Shown here in pieces: positions 29,829 through 39,773 of a stretch of 64,000 nucleotides of DNA. This DNA is from Bdellovibrionales bacterium GWB1_55_8 (GTDB lineage: Bacteria > Bdellovibrionota > UBA1018). The notes under the pieces were generated by a model, which saw only the letters and a list, made by a program, of their open reading frames with translations, had not been told where the DNA came from and made no database searches. The stretch lies in contig MEPR01000025.1 in the NCBI GenBank assembly GCA_001769835.1, forward strand, positions 5,442 through 69,441, in the 5' to 3' direction. The translations under genes were made by a program, and so were the position numbers. The stretch's first letter is position 1. The number at the start of each line of letters is the position of its first letter.

Positions 29829-30920
29829 TTACCGGGGGGAACGCCCCAGCAGCTCGATTCGTTTAGACGTGCATTTCCAGCGAAGTTTGTGGCGGGATGA
29901 CAGAGACGTGGGCAAGTTCAGGGACTTCAGAGGAGCGCTTGTGAGGGCGGGCAGGTACTTCTTCAGCAGGGCTTGCGCAGATTCGCCGGATCGCCGAGTC
30001 TCGGCATTGATCCAGTTCTCAAAGGCGTGCCCTAGGAGTGTTCCTCCGCCCGCGAGCGAGCCATCCGGGAGGCGGGCAGCGCCCTCATCCAGGTGAATCG
30101 AGAGGGGTCCAAAAGACACTTCCTTGTTTCGAGTGCCAGCGGCTGGAGCACAATCGGATACAAAGCATACCCGGTTGATTCCATGAAGAGCACAAGTCCA
30201 TCGCATCAGTGCGGGGCTCACGTGGATCTGGTCCAGGATCAGTTCCAGAAAAACATCCGGGCGACCCATGGCCGCCCCAAGCACGCCGGGATCCCTGTGG
30301 TGAAAACGAAGCGCATTCCAGGCGTGCGTGACGTGAGTGATTCCTTGCTCGAAAACCCGGTGAGCCTCGGTTTCAGAAGCCTGGGTGTGCCCCAAGGAAA
30401 GGGTTACTCCGTTTTTCAGAGCCCATTGTGTCAGTTTGTTTAGTTCAGCTTTGGGAAATTCATCGGCCGCGACGGTCAGGATTTTGAGCTTTCGTCGGCT
30501 CGCCTCCCAGAATTCGAGAAGTTCCCCCATCGAAAAAGGCCGTATTGAGGAAGGAGGGTGAGCACCCGCGGCACGGGCGCTGATAAACGGCCCCTCAAGA
30601 TGGATGCCGAGCGGAACCGCGGAAGCAGTGTCGGGCTTTTTGTTCGAGATCCATGCGCCAATGCGATCGAGCGCGCCCTTCAGTTTGTCCGAAGAAACCG
30701 TGAGCGTTGTCGGGCAGAAAGCGGCGATGCCGTTATTTCCGAGGAGCCTGCTGAGTTCATCAAGTTCGGAGGAATCGGCCCGCATGATATCGATACCGAA
30801 GGCACCATGGAAATGAAGGTCGACAACTCCTGATGATTCGATGATTCTGGAAGCAGAGAGTGGAGCGGCGGGCGACCGGAGAGTTCGTTTGCTCTTGACG
30901 TCAGTGAGTCGGCGTGGCAC
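29829..30920 (-). CDS. nagA: N-acetylglucosamine-6-phosphate deacetylase
   Basis: DLHFHG, GIHLEGPF, LGHT, THAWNA, DQIHV, VSD, LAGG; start estimated (the ORF-track extension to 31322 is antisense to the next gene). Confidence 0.88.
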   Translation of the reverse strand: MPRRLTDVKSKRTLRSPAAPLSASRIIESSGVVDLHFHGAFGIDIMRADSSELDELSRLLGNNGIAAFCPTTLTVSSDKLKGALDRIGAWISNKKPDTASAVPLGIHLEGPFISARAAGAHPPSSIRPFSMGELLEFWEASRRKLKILTVAADEFPKAELNKLTQWALKNGVTLSLGHTQASETEAHRVFEQGITHVTHAWNALRFHHRDPGVLGAAMGRPDVFLELILDQIHVSPALMRWTCALHGINRVCFVSDCAPAAGTRNKEVSFGPLSIHLDEGAARLPDGSLAGGGTLLGHAFENWINAETRRSGESAQALLKKYLPALTSAPLKSLNLPTSLSSRHKLRWKCTSKRIELLGRSPR

Positions 30921-30974
30921 CCAACAAACGTACCATGCCAGGCGCAAACCAGGCGCAAAAAAGAGAGGGACTTC

Positions 30975-31835
30975 ATGCCAGTGAGTAGGGCAGTGAGCAA
31001 GGCTAGCAGCAAAGCCAAAAGCAAAGTTAAACCCAATGGAAAGGGCTCGAAGACCGCCGTTAAGCACGGAAAAGCGATCTCGGCAGTTTCTTCGAAACCC
31101 GCTCCCAAGGGAAAAGCTCCAGCCAAGGCCGTGCAGCCCGCTAAAGCAGCCAAGGAAAGCAAAAAAGCCGGGTCGAGCCTCGCATCGATCATTAAAGGCG
31201 CGCTGCTCGGAAAGAAAGCTCCTGAGAAGAAGGTATCTGAGAAGAAGGCATCCGAGAAAAAGGCAGCGCCTCAGCCGGCAGTCAAAGCCGTGAAAAACGG
31301 TGGAAAAGGTGCGCCTGCGCATAAAGCGCTTTCCGCCAAAGCTGCTCCGTCCAAGCCCGACGAAAAATTGAAAAAAGAGGCGTCTTCAGTTCCTGCGAAA
31401 GCGGCGAAAGCCGCACTGGCCGCCGCCAAAGGCGCGAAAGCAAAAGGCGCCAGTGCCATGGCTGCATTGAATTCACTGCGGGGCGGATTCGACTCTGAGG
31501 CAGTTTGCCGCGAAGTGGCCTGCGAAGGGCTCTCCACTTCAGCAGGGTACTGCCGCCTTCATTACATCAAGAACTGGAAGAAGATTAAGCGCAAGGAACT
31601 TATCCTGAAGGAAAAGAAGCTCAATCAGTACATCGAAGAGCTCGTCGTGAAATATCCGGACAAATACATCGAAGCGATCCGTCAGGACCTCGCGAACGAC
31701 AAGGATTTCGCTAAAGTCATTTACGACCTGGATCTCGATGAGTCCGACGATGAGTTTGACGGTGAAAACGAATCCATGGACGCGCTGATCGACAACATCA
31801 AGCGCGACTTCGATGACGAGGGCGACGCGTTTTAG
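30975..31835 (+). CDS. Protein with Lys/Ala-rich histone-H1-like N-terminus, CCCH-type zinc finger and acidic tail
   Basis: About 165 aa of K/A/P/S low complexity, then C-x4-C-x9-C-x2-H, a helical domain and a D/E-rich C-terminus; RBS GAGGGA. Confidence 0.8.
   Translation: MPVSRAVSKASSKAKSKVKPNGKGSKTAVKHGKAISAVSSKPAPKGKAPAKAVQPAKAAKESKKAGSSLASIIKGALLGKKAPEKKVSEKKASEKKAAPQPAVKAVKNGGKGAPAHKALSAKAAPSKPDEKLKKEASSVPAKAAKAALAAAKGAKAKGASAMAALNSLRGGFDSEAVCREVACEGLSTSAGYCRLHYIKNWKKIKRKELILKEKKLNQYIEELVVKYPDKYIEAIRQDLANDKDFAKVIYDLDLDESDDEFDGENESMDALIDNIKRDFDDEGDAF
31221..31265 (+). repeat. Three imperfect 15-bp tandem repeats encoding (P/S)EKK(V/A)
   Basis: cctgagaagaaggta tctgagaagaaggca tccgagaaaaaggca. 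Confidence 0.8.
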
Positions 31836-32425
31836 TGTTTGATCGGGGGGCGTTTTGGTCCCGTGACGAAGAGGTCCTCGGTTTCCTTTTCCTCTTCGGC
31901 TTCAATTTCACGCATTTCTGGGTCATGAGCACGTAGCCAGTCGTCGGCCATTTTCTCCAGATTCGGATTGGCTCTGTCGATTCTAAGAAAAATGCGTTGG
32001 CGTTCAACTTCGACGGGAGTCCACTCGAAGGGCAACCCATCGAGTGCCGCAAGGGATTCATCAGCTACCTGTTCGAGTTTCTTCCTGTTCGTGTGCGAAA
32101 GGAGCTGGGAGAAAATAGAGCCAATTCCGTCAACGCAAGCACCCAGAAGGTCCTCGACTGAAGGGGAGCTCGCCTTTGGGTCAAAATCGCAGCTTGCATA
32201 CACCGTGGTCGCGGAGAGCTGGCCACTCAGGGTCAATGAGACGACCAGCAGGATTTCGTCACTGTAGATATTCCCCTGAGCGAGGAAGTTTGCGGGAGTT
32301 GATTTGATCTCCTGAAGGATCTTAATCCCTCCGTCGAAATTCGAGATGAACACATCGGTCACCATGCGGGTGAAATCCACGGGTAGCGGACTCGATTTCG
32401 ACGGAGTGTTTTTGCGGCGATCCAT
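31832..32425 (-). CDS. Conserved hypothetical protein
   Basis: 197-aa globular ORF with an acidic tail, directly downstream of degP. Confidence 0.7.
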   Translation of the reverse strand: MDRRKNTPSKSSPLPVDFTRMVTDVFISNFDGGIKILQEIKSTPANFLAQGNIYSDEILLVVSLTLSGQLSATTVYASCDFDPKASSPSVEDLLGACVDGIGSIFSQLLSHTNRKKLEQVADESLAALDGLPFEWTPVEVERQRIFLRIDRANPNLEKMADDWLRAHDPEMREIEAEEEKETEDLFVTGPKRPPIKH

Positions 32426-32444
32426 AAATTCTCTCTTTCAGTTC

Positions 32445-33530
32445 TTAAATGATTCCCTGGTGAACGCGGTCAAGCTTGGGCAGTTCTTCAAGTTTGACCT
32501 TGAGCTCGAGTTTGCGGAGGCCGCGGCGAATGCTGAGCTTCACGGAATCCGAGGGACGATGTTTGGCCAGCGCCCGTTCAAGGTCGTTGGGCTCCGCCAC
32601 TGCAGTGCCGTTCAATGCGGTGATGATGTCCCCTTGCTTGAGTCCGGCGTCGTCTGCAGGGGCATTTTGAACAATGTTATAAACGAGCACGCCTTTGTCC
32701 ACTGATAGCCGATAGTACACCTGGATTTGCGGAGTCATCCGTTCCGCGAGGAGGCCGAGCCAGGGCCTCGGAACCCGGCCATAGCGCTTCAGATCAGGAA
32801 TCATTTCCTTGGCTTCATTCACCGGGATCGCGAAGCCGAGGCCGCCGCTTTGTCCTGTGCGGGAGTAGATGACCGTGTTGATGCCGATGACTTCGCCTTT
32901 CATGTCGAACAGCGGTCCACCGCTGTTTCCCGGATTAATGGAGGCGTCCGTCTGCAGGAAGTTGTCGAAAGGACCTTGGCCGATGGTGCGGTTCTTCGCG
33001 CTGATGATTCCCATGGTGACGGTGTGCTGAAGTCCAAAGGGATTCCCGACGGCGAAGACGGGTTCCGCAATGCGGACCGCGTCTGAGTTCCCCAGGGGAA
33101 CGGGCAACAGGTCAGAGGGAACCCGCCGTTTCTCGTCCTGGATCTGAAGGAGCGCGATATCGATTTTCTGGTCCTTCCCTACGATTCTTGCGCGAAACTG
33201 GCGTTTATCAAGAAGCGTGACGAGAACTTCGGTTGCCTGGTCCACGACATGGTTGTTCGTTATGACGTATCCATCCTTGTCGATCAGGAGCCCGCTGCCC
33301 AGTGAAGTGTGTTTTCGCTCCTGCGGAATCCCCCAGAACCTCAGAAATTCATCCATGCCGAACACTTCGTAGTTCACGACTGTCGTGGAGCTGATGTTCA
33401 CGACACCCGGAAGAGTCTTTTCGACGAGATCGGGCATGCTCGGCGGCGCCACAGGTGCCGCGGTCACGGGGGCTGAGTTCAAAAGGAGTGCGATTAAAAA
33501 CGGAGTCATCTTCAATAGCATGAAGAGCAC
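32445..33530 (-). CDS. HtrA/DegP-family periplasmic serine protease (single PDZ)
   Basis: Signal peptide, TNNHVV, DIAL, QTDASINPGNSGGPL, C-terminal PDZ. Confidence 0.95.
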   Translation of the reverse strand: MLFMLLKMTPFLIALLLNSAPVTAAPVAPPSMPDLVEKTLPGVVNISSTTVVNYEVFGMDEFLRFWGIPQERKHTSLGSGLLIDKDGYVITNNHVVDQATEVLVTLLDKRQFRARIVGKDQKIDIALLQIQDEKRRVPSDLLPVPLGNSDAVRIAEPVFAVGNPFGLQHTVTMGIISAKNRTIGQGPFDNFLQTDASINPGNSGGPLFDMKGEVIGINTVIYSRTGQSGGLGFAIPVNEAKEMIPDLKRYGRVPRPWLGLLAERMTPQIQVYYRLSVDKGVLVYNIVQNAPADDAGLKQGDIITALNGTAVAEPNDLERALAKHRPSDSVKLSIRRGLRKLELKVKLEELPKLDRVHQGII

Positions 33531-33561
33531 CTTAAACCCGCAGGCGCTGCTATTTCAAGCC

Positions 33562-34062
33562 TTACGGAGTGCCGGGGTGCCCGAACTTTGATGCCAGAAT
33601 CACAGGAGAAATAGCGGCTGCTTCAGGCTGCGAGATTTTCCAGACTCCCTCGTTTTTGACGAGGCGAAATGTGACGCGCCGTTCCGCGCTAGGCGCCGGC
33701 ATGATCGTGCCGTGGGCGTCGCCAATGCCGAGGATGTCGTACCGCACTTCCACGAGAGCCTCATTGGCCCGAGTTTTCGCGGGAGCAATTTCGTATGCCT
33801 TGGCGATGTAAAATGAGTCCTGCGCCGGAAGCTCCTGCCAAAGGGTAAAGGCACGCCGTTCAACTTCAAGAAGTCCTGACCAGACAAACCCCGAAGCATC
33901 ACGAGCACAGTAATACTTCACCACTTCTTCAGGAGTTTGAAAGCTGTTTCGGAACTGAAGGCGTTCGTGCTGAACGGCGGCGATACTGGAACTTATTGTG
34001 CCGAGCGCAAAGAAGCTTACAAGAATCATGATCACCGGATGGGTTACCTTATGGCTTTTCAT
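33562..34062 (-). CDS. Small secreted protein, NTF2-like pattern (candidate immunity/partner)
   Basis: Signal peptide; TPEEVVKYY helix and VTFRLVKNEGVWKI terminal strands; 14-nt overlap with the amidase gene. Confidence 0.7.
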   Translation of the reverse strand: MKSHKVTHPVIMILVSFFALGTISSSIAAVQHERLQFRNSFQTPEEVVKYYCARDASGFVWSGLLEVERRAFTLWQELPAQDSFYIAKAYEIAPAKTRANEALVEVRYDILGIGDAHGTIMPAPSAERRVTFRLVKNEGVWKISQPEAAAISPVILASKFGHPGTP

Positions 34063-35731
34063 GTGTACCTGCTTGTTTCCGGGCCCCCGGTTTACTTCTA
34101 TTCCGCCTGTCCTGATATTTGCAGACGCTGTTATCCACGGGTTTCAATCGGAGGTCTACAAAACCCGGGCGTACCATCCGGATCGCATGAGAGGGCGGAT
34201 CAAACGAAAGCGGGAAGTCCCGCTCACGGATGGTACCGGCACTTTGCGCTGCTTCCAGTACGCGAGCGACCATTGTTTTCGGATCGTAGTCTTTGACCAG
34301 AAACACGTGCCCAGCTGCTTTCCATGGCAAACGGTAGACCAGCATGTCGCCCGGGACCGGCTTCTCACCCATGTAGAGATCCACCGGGAGGAACGCCTTC
34401 GCGGTTTTTTCGACCAGCTTTTCGCGCTCTTTGCTCCATTTGGGAGGTTTTGGCATTTCTCCTGATTTATTCAGCTGCCACATTGCCTGCAGGTCCAGCG
34501 TCGTGAAGTTTCCTTTCCGAATATCGACCGGTAGAGCAGAGCTGACAAAACTTGAGCAATCAGTGCCCGATTTGCCGGCGCCGAAAATGTAACCATTGTG
34601 GAGAATCGGAACTATTTTGGATTTTCCGTTCGCGAGCCTCAGTTTTTGTTTTTCGAGCAGGCGTAATCGAGCAAGAGCGGATTGACGATCGGCTTCATCA
34701 AGGCCGTTCATCATGATCAAACGATCGAGCAACGCGTCCTGGCTCGTCGCCGCGTAGCTGCCGCTGAACAGATCGTTCAGGGCGGCGTTTTTGGTAAGCG
34801 CCGAGCCCGCGTTTTTCGACGTGTCACCTGAGGCAAGTGATTCTTTCACGATCTCCCGAGCCGCGGCTGCCTTGTCCCTGGCATTCCTGTAGATGTTCTG
34901 AAATCGTATAAGTTCACCCGGATCCATGCTGTTTTGGCCTGGTTTCGTCGAGGAGAGGTCCTGAAGCATCTTGTTTAAACCAGCTTCAGCTCTCGAATAA
35001 TGGCTGTCTAATTCCTGCAGATCCATGGCTTTGTATTTACTCGAAAGAACCGCCGTGTCGTGTTCTGCTGACTCTCGTATTGCTTGCCGCCGTTTCAGGG
35101 CGTTATCGAGGAATTCATTTACCCGCGCCTGCTCCGCCAGTGCCGCGGCATTGCGGACGGAGCCCAGATTGCCAGGCGTTATCGGCTGGACCGGAATCTC
35201 CCCATTGTGAGTGCTTCCAGCTGCTCGCGATTCGGCCAATGAGGGCAATGCTGGACTCGCGAGGTGATCCCCAGGCGGCACCTGGATGCCGTGAGGTGCG
35301 CTGGGAGAGCCCGATGCATCGCGCGAATCGCCTTTGTCCGTTTCACAGAAGGATTTGGTTTCCGCTTCCGCTGCTCGTTTCTTTGCTTTCTCCAGCGCCG
35401 CTCTTCTTTTGTCGGAGGACCCGTCATGCTGATACAAGGCGGATTCAGCGATGATGTATTTGGCTGCCGGGTTTTTGGGATCGTAGACCTCGAGCACCCC
35501 TTTGTATTTTTCCCTGGCGAGAGCGGATTTTGATTCCTTGGGGACGCATAGATCCTGGCCCGGTTTGATGTATTTCTCGTTATTGCCGGAGAGATCATCG
35601 GAACCACCATAGCCCCAATTGACTGCGGGGGTATCGCCTGGCGGACACTGGGCCCATGTGACTTCGGCCGCAAGCGCGGTGATACCCAGAAAGGCGAGGG
35701 TGGCGCTCGTCTTAATTCGCTTTCTTCGCAT
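34049..35731 (-). CDS. Secreted protein with C-terminal NlpC/P60 (papain-like) amidase domain
   Basis: Signal peptide from MRRKRIK; coiled-coil middle; GYIFG...GTDCSSFV (Cys), PGD...GHVFLV (His), VLEAA (Glu). Confidence 0.75.
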   Translation of the reverse strand: MRRKRIKTSATLAFLGITALAAEVTWAQCPPGDTPAVNWGYGGSDDLSGNNEKYIKPGQDLCVPKESKSALAREKYKGVLEVYDPKNPAAKYIIAESALYQHDGSSDKRRAALEKAKKRAAEAETKSFCETDKGDSRDASGSPSAPHGIQVPPGDHLASPALPSLAESRAAGSTHNGEIPVQPITPGNLGSVRNAAALAEQARVNEFLDNALKRRQAIRESAEHDTAVLSSKYKAMDLQELDSHYSRAEAGLNKMLQDLSSTKPGQNSMDPGELIRFQNIYRNARDKAAAAREIVKESLASGDTSKNAGSALTKNAALNDLFSGSYAATSQDALLDRLIMMNGLDEADRQSALARLRLLEKQKLRLANGKSKIVPILHNGYIFGAGKSGTDCSSFVSSALPVDIRKGNFTTLDLQAMWQLNKSGEMPKPPKWSKEREKLVEKTAKAFLPVDLYMGEKPVPGDMLVYRLPWKAAGHVFLVKDYDPKTMVARVLEAAQSAGTIRERDFPLSFDPPSHAIRMVRPGFVDLRLKPVDNSVCKYQDRRNRSKPGARKQAGTHEKP

Positions 35732-36947
35732 TAGACGGCTTGCCTTTGCTGGACGGTGTCTGGGTTTCACTTGGCAAGAGTCCCTTCTCGTTTTCAAAAA
35801 TAGCCTTGCACACGCTGTAAAAGTCCTTGCGACAGCCTCCGAGGCTTTCGCGCATACCCAGTGTCGCACATGTGAGCAGGGTATTATCATCCAGGTGTTT
35901 CATCGGATTGAGTTTGCAATCCTGGCATCCGGCCGTTCCCAGTTGATATCCGCGTTGATAGTCTGCAACGCAGGCCGCGCCTTCTGAATCCGTCGGCGCT
36001 TTCGCCAATTCCGCTCGAAGGTGGCTCTCGCCAGCATCAAATCCCCGCATGCAGCAGAAATAATCCGCGTTCTGGTCGTCCAGGAGAGAAGCGATCGGGG
36101 CATTCAGGGCCGAGGATCGTGCCAGGAGGAGTTTTATTTTCCGAAGTTCCTCATCATCGCCTTCATCATACAGGGTCGCCTGGTCAATACGCTTATCGGC
36201 TTCCTTATACCGCTTCTCGAGCGCGTCAAGTTGAGCCTTCAGATCAGAAGGCGAGTAATGTTTTCGCGGGAGTTTCCCGGCCGATTCAGACTTGAATGAT
36301 TCGAGTTCCTTCTCGACGAATTCGGACCAATCAGCGTTAAGCAGTTCCGGCAAGAGCTTGATTTTTGTTTTCCTGATCAACGCGGGTTTAAAACCGAACG
36401 CCTTCATTGTCGCGGCCTGGAAAATTTCATCGCCCTCTTTTTCCGAGAAATCCTTGATATCAGTGGTCGCATTGACGGCGTTTTTGAGCAGAAGATCCCT
36501 GGCTTTCAAACGCGAAATGATTCTCGCCTGGATCTCGCGCGGATCAGCTGTCGCATCTCCTTTCCGCACCAGGCTCTCTTTGGAGAGGTCCGGGGCATAC
36601 TCGGAGCAGGCCAGCTTTGCGGGGTTCGCTTTTTCAATTTCCGGATGCGTTCGACTGAATCGATTCCCGCTGAGAGCTTGCTTTATTCCAAGGACAAATG
36701 CGGGTTGGGCGGATCTTGACGGATCCCGGGTTTCACAGCCGCTGGCGGTTATTCGGCGAAGAATCGGAGCTGATGACCTTGCTGATTCCCAAGCGGAATC
36801 AAAGAAGGCGGATTTCTTCGGGGCTTCTGAGGTTGCAGGTGCTGGCTCCGCCGCGACAGCAAGAGCGGTGCTGCACGAAAGGAGTAGTCCTAAAAACCCG
36901 AGCTCACCGACATTAAAGACGCGTGAATTGGCAAACGGCTTTGACAT
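35712..36947 (-). CDS. Secreted hypothetical protein with Cys-rich C-terminus
   Basis: Signal peptide (..ALAVAA); about 8 Cys in the last 110 aa; overlaps the downstream gene by 20 nt. Confidence 0.7.
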   Translation of the reverse strand: MSKPFANSRVFNVGELGFLGLLLSCSTALAVAAEPAPATSEAPKKSAFFDSAWESARSSAPILRRITASGCETRDPSRSAQPAFVLGIKQALSGNRFSRTHPEIEKANPAKLACSEYAPDLSKESLVRKGDATADPREIQARIISRLKARDLLLKNAVNATTDIKDFSEKEGDEIFQAATMKAFGFKPALIRKTKIKLLPELLNADWSEFVEKELESFKSESAGKLPRKHYSPSDLKAQLDALEKRYKEADKRIDQATLYDEGDDEELRKIKLLLARSSALNAPIASLLDDQNADYFCCMRGFDAGESHLRAELAKAPTDSEGAACVADYQRGYQLGTAGCQDCKLNPMKHLDDNTLLTCATLGMRESLGGCRKDFYSVCKAIFENEKGLLPSETQTPSSKGKPSNAKKAN

Positions 36948-36985
36948 GGCGCACCCCACCTTCAGCAAAAAAGGACCCAGATAAG

Positions 36986-37014
36986 ATTCTAGAAGGCAGT
37001 ATGCGGATTTACAA
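36986..37014 (-). promoter_or_regulatory. Sigma70-type promoter for the 36947-31832 gene run
   Basis: Minus strand TTGTAA-17 bp-TAGAAT, about 40 nt upstream of the ATG at 36947. Confidence 0.55.
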
Positions 37015-37117
37015 GGTTGGCTGCTATTCCGAAACGGGCGATCGCATTATTTTCCGAATGTTTTCGTCAACTTTCCGATTTCTTTCTGGAATCTTCCGTC
37101 TGAAGGAGTATGAACGG

Positions 37118-37131
37118 AAATACCGGTATTT
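37118..37131. promoter_or_regulatory. Perfect 14-bp palindrome AAATACCGGTATTT, candidate operator
   Basis: Intergenic, 70 bp upstream of the thiolase ATG. Confidence 0.4.
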
Positions 37132-37200
37132 TTCCAACACCTCTTGTGCCAGGCCGGGCGACAATACCGCCGTCACGAGATTTTAAAGGAGATTTTGGTT

Positions 37201-38379
37201 ATGCGCGAAGTCGTGATCGTAGGTATGGCTCGTACGCCGCTCGGAAGCTTTCAAGGCGGTTTGTCGGCTGTTTCCGCCCCTAAACTCGGTGCCATCGCCA
37301 TTCAGGCGGCTTTGAAACGCGCAGGTGTCAGTCCCGATCAGGTTTCAGAAGTGATCATGGGAAACGTGCTGACCGCAGGTGAAGGCCAGGCCCCGGCCCG
37401 CCAAGCTGCGATTGGCGCCGGAATCCCGAACACCGTGCCCGCGCTCACGATCAACAAAGTTTGCGGCAGCGGTATGAAAGCGGTCATGCTCGGCGCTCAA
37501 AGCATCCTCCTCGGCGACAGCGATGTTGTCGTTGCGGGCGGCATGGAGAACATGAGCCAGGCGCCTTACATTCTGCCGACCGCACGAAACGGTTTTCGGA
37601 TGGGTCACCAGCAGGCGATCGACACCATGATCTACGACGGCCTTTGGGATCCGTACAGCAACCAGCACATGGGAAATTGCGGGGAACTTTGCGCCCGGGA
37701 GAAAAATTTCTCGCGTAAGGATCAGGATGATTTCGCGATTGAAAGCTTCAAGCGCGCTCAGGAAGCTCAGAAAGCCGGCAAGTTCAGGGATGAGATCATC
37801 GCTGTCGAGATCCCCGGCAAAAAAGGTGACGTGGTGAAGGTCGATACCGACGAGGGTCCGGCCAAAGGCCAATTCGACAAGATCCCCACCCTGAAACCCG
37901 CTTTCGACAAGGCTGGAACGGTAACCGCGGCGAATGCTTCGACGATCAATGATGGAGCGGCTGCTCTTGTTCTGATGTCCGCTGAAAAAGCAAAACAGCT
38001 CGGCATCAAGCCCCTTGCGAAGCTGGTGTCCTACGGCGGAAATGCCCAGGCCCCCGAGTGGTTCACCACAGCGCCTGCGGAAGCCATGCGCCGCGCGATG
38101 AAGAAAGCCGGCTGGCAGCCCAATCAGGTGGATCTCTGGGAAGTGAATGAAGCTTTCGCGGTGGTGTCTCTGGCGGCACAGCGCGAGCTCGAGATTCCGA
38201 AAGAGAAGCTCAATGTCTGGGGCGGTGCTATTTCGCTCGGGCATCCCATCGGTGCAAGCGGCGCGCGCATTCTCGTGACGTTGCTTTCGGCGCTGAAGGA
38301 TCGCGGCGAAAAACGCGGTGTTGCGGGAATCTGCATCGGCGGCGGAGAAGCGACTGCGGTTTGTCTCGAAATTCTCTGA
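37201..38379 (+). CDS. atoB: Acetyl-CoA C-acetyltransferase (thiolase)
   Basis: [31 protein letters not shown]. Confidence 0.95.
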   Translation: MREVVIVGMARTPLGSFQGGLSAVSAPKLGAIAIQAALKRAGVSPDQVSEVIMGNVLTAGEGQAPARQAAIGAGIPNTVPALTINKVCGSGMKAVMLGAQSILLGDSDVVVAGGMENMSQAPYILPTARNGFRMGHQQAIDTMIYDGLWDPYSNQHMGNCGELCAREKNFSRKDQDDFAIESFKRAQEAQKAGKFRDEIIAVEIPGKKGDVVKVDTDEGPAKGQFDKIPTLKPAFDKAGTVTAANASTINDGAAALVLMSAEKAKQLGIKPLAKLVSYGGNAQAPEWFTTAPAEAMRRAMKKAGWQPNQVDLWEVNEAFAVVSLAAQRELEIPKEKLNVWGGAISLGHPIGASGARILVTLLSALKDRGEKRGVAGICIGGGEATAVCLEIL

Positions 38380-38413
38380 AAAGAAGCTTCTAAAAAACGG
38401 TAAGGAGAAACTC

Positions 38414-39106
38414 ATGAAGAAAGTTGTTGCGGACGCGCGTGAAGCCGTCCGGGACATTCCTGACGGGGCTACGCTCGCCATCGGCGGCTTTGGTCTGTGC
38501 GGAATTCCGGAAAACTGCATTCAGGCCCTTTACGAAAAGGGCACCAAGAACCTCACCTGTATTTCGAACAACGCCGGAGTGGACGGGTTCGGGATCGGCA
38601 TCCTGCTGGAAAAAAGGCAGGTGAAGAAAATGATTTCGAGTTACGTCGGTGAGAACAAGCTCTTTGAAACGCTTCTTCTCTCTGGAGAACTGGAAGTCGA
38701 GCTGACTCCCCAAGGCACCCTGGCTGAGAAACTTCGTGCGGGTGGCGCGGGTATTCCGGCTTTCTTCACCCCGACGGGAGTGGGCACCCTGATCGCCGAG
38801 GGCAAGGAAGTCCGCGAATTCGAAGGCAGGAAGTACGTGCTCGAGCGCGCGCTAACGGCGGATTTCTCGATAGTGAAGGCCTGGAAAGGGGATGCGCTTG
38901 GAAATCTTGTTTTCAGGAAAACCGCGCGCAACTTCAATCCGATGATCGCAACCGCCAGCAAAATGACGATCGCGGAAGTGGAAGAGCTCGTGCCGGTCGG
39001 TTCGATCGAACCCGATCAGGTGCATATTCCTGGTATTTACGTGAAGCGTATTTTTCAGGGCACAAACTACGAAAAGCGCATTGAAAAGCGCACGCTGAGC
39101 AAGTGA
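38414..39106 (+). CDS. scoA: 3-oxoacid CoA-transferase subunit A
   Basis: [40 protein letters not shown]. Confidence 0.95.
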   Translation: MKKVVADAREAVRDIPDGATLAIGGFGLCGIPENCIQALYEKGTKNLTCISNNAGVDGFGIGILLEKRQVKKMISSYVGENKLFETLLLSGELEVELTPQGTLAEKLRAGGAGIPAFFTPTGVGTLIAEGKEVREFEGRKYVLERALTADFSIVKAWKGDALGNLVFRKTARNFNPMIATASKMTIAEVEELVPVGSIEPDQVHIPGIYVKRIFQGTNYEKRIEKRTLSK

Positions 39107-39116
39107 GGGAAAACCG

Positions 39117-39773
39117 ATGGCTCTGACTCGTGAACAGATTGCACAGAGAATCGCCCAGGAACTGCGCGACGGCTACTATGTGAACCTTGGAATCGGGATT
39201 CCGACATTGGTCGCGAACTACATCCCCAAGGGCATGGAAGTGATCCTTCAAAGCGAAAACGGTTTGCTTGGTATCGGCCCCTTTCCGAAAGAGAATGAAG
39301 TCGACGCCGATCTGATCAACGCCGGAAAGGAAACCGTGACGACTTTGCCGGGTTCGTCCTTTTTCTCCAGCGCGGATTCCTTTGCCATGATTCGAGGCGG
39401 GCATGTGGACCTCACGGTGCTTGGCGCAATGGAAGTCGATGAAACCGGAAGCATTGCCAACTGGATGGTGCCGGGCAAGATGGTGAAAGGCATGGGCGGC
39501 GCGATGGACCTGGTTGCTGGCGCGCGTAATGTCATAGTGGCCATGCAGCATGTGGCCAAGGACGGAACGAGCAAGATTCTGCCGAAATGCACACTGCCGC
39601 TCACCGGTGTCGGCGTCGTTCAGAAGATCGTCTCCGAGCTTGCCGTGATCGAGGTCACGCGGGAAGGCCTGGTTCTTCGCGAACGCGCTCCGGGCGTGAG
39701 CGCCGAGGAGATCCGCAAATCAACCGCCGCGAAGCTTCAGATTCCGGGGGATGTCCCCGAAATGAAGTTCTGA
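39117..39773 (+). CDS. scoB: 3-oxoacid CoA-transferase subunit B
   Basis: [13 protein letters not shown] (catalytic Glu), GMGGAMDLV. Confidence 0.95.
   Translation: MALTREQIAQRIAQELRDGYYVNLGIGIPTLVANYIPKGMEVILQSENGLLGIGPFPKENEVDADLINAGKETVTTLPGSSFFSSADSFAMIRGGHVDLTVLGAMEVDETGSIANWMVPGKMVKGMGGAMDLVAGARNVIVAMQHVAKDGTSKILPKCTLPLTGVGVVQKIVSELAVIEVTREGLVLRERAPGVSAEEIRKSTAAKLQIPGDVPEMKF

Noticed and set aside
30921-31322. N-terminal extension of nagA in the ORF track
   Set aside because: It is the antisense reading of the Lys/Ala-rich gene (hence Phe/Leu/Cys-rich); NagA homology starts near 30850.
37345-38520. 391-aa minus-strand ORF
   Set aside because: Antisense shadow of the thiolase gene with no motifs; long shadow ORFs are common at this GC content.
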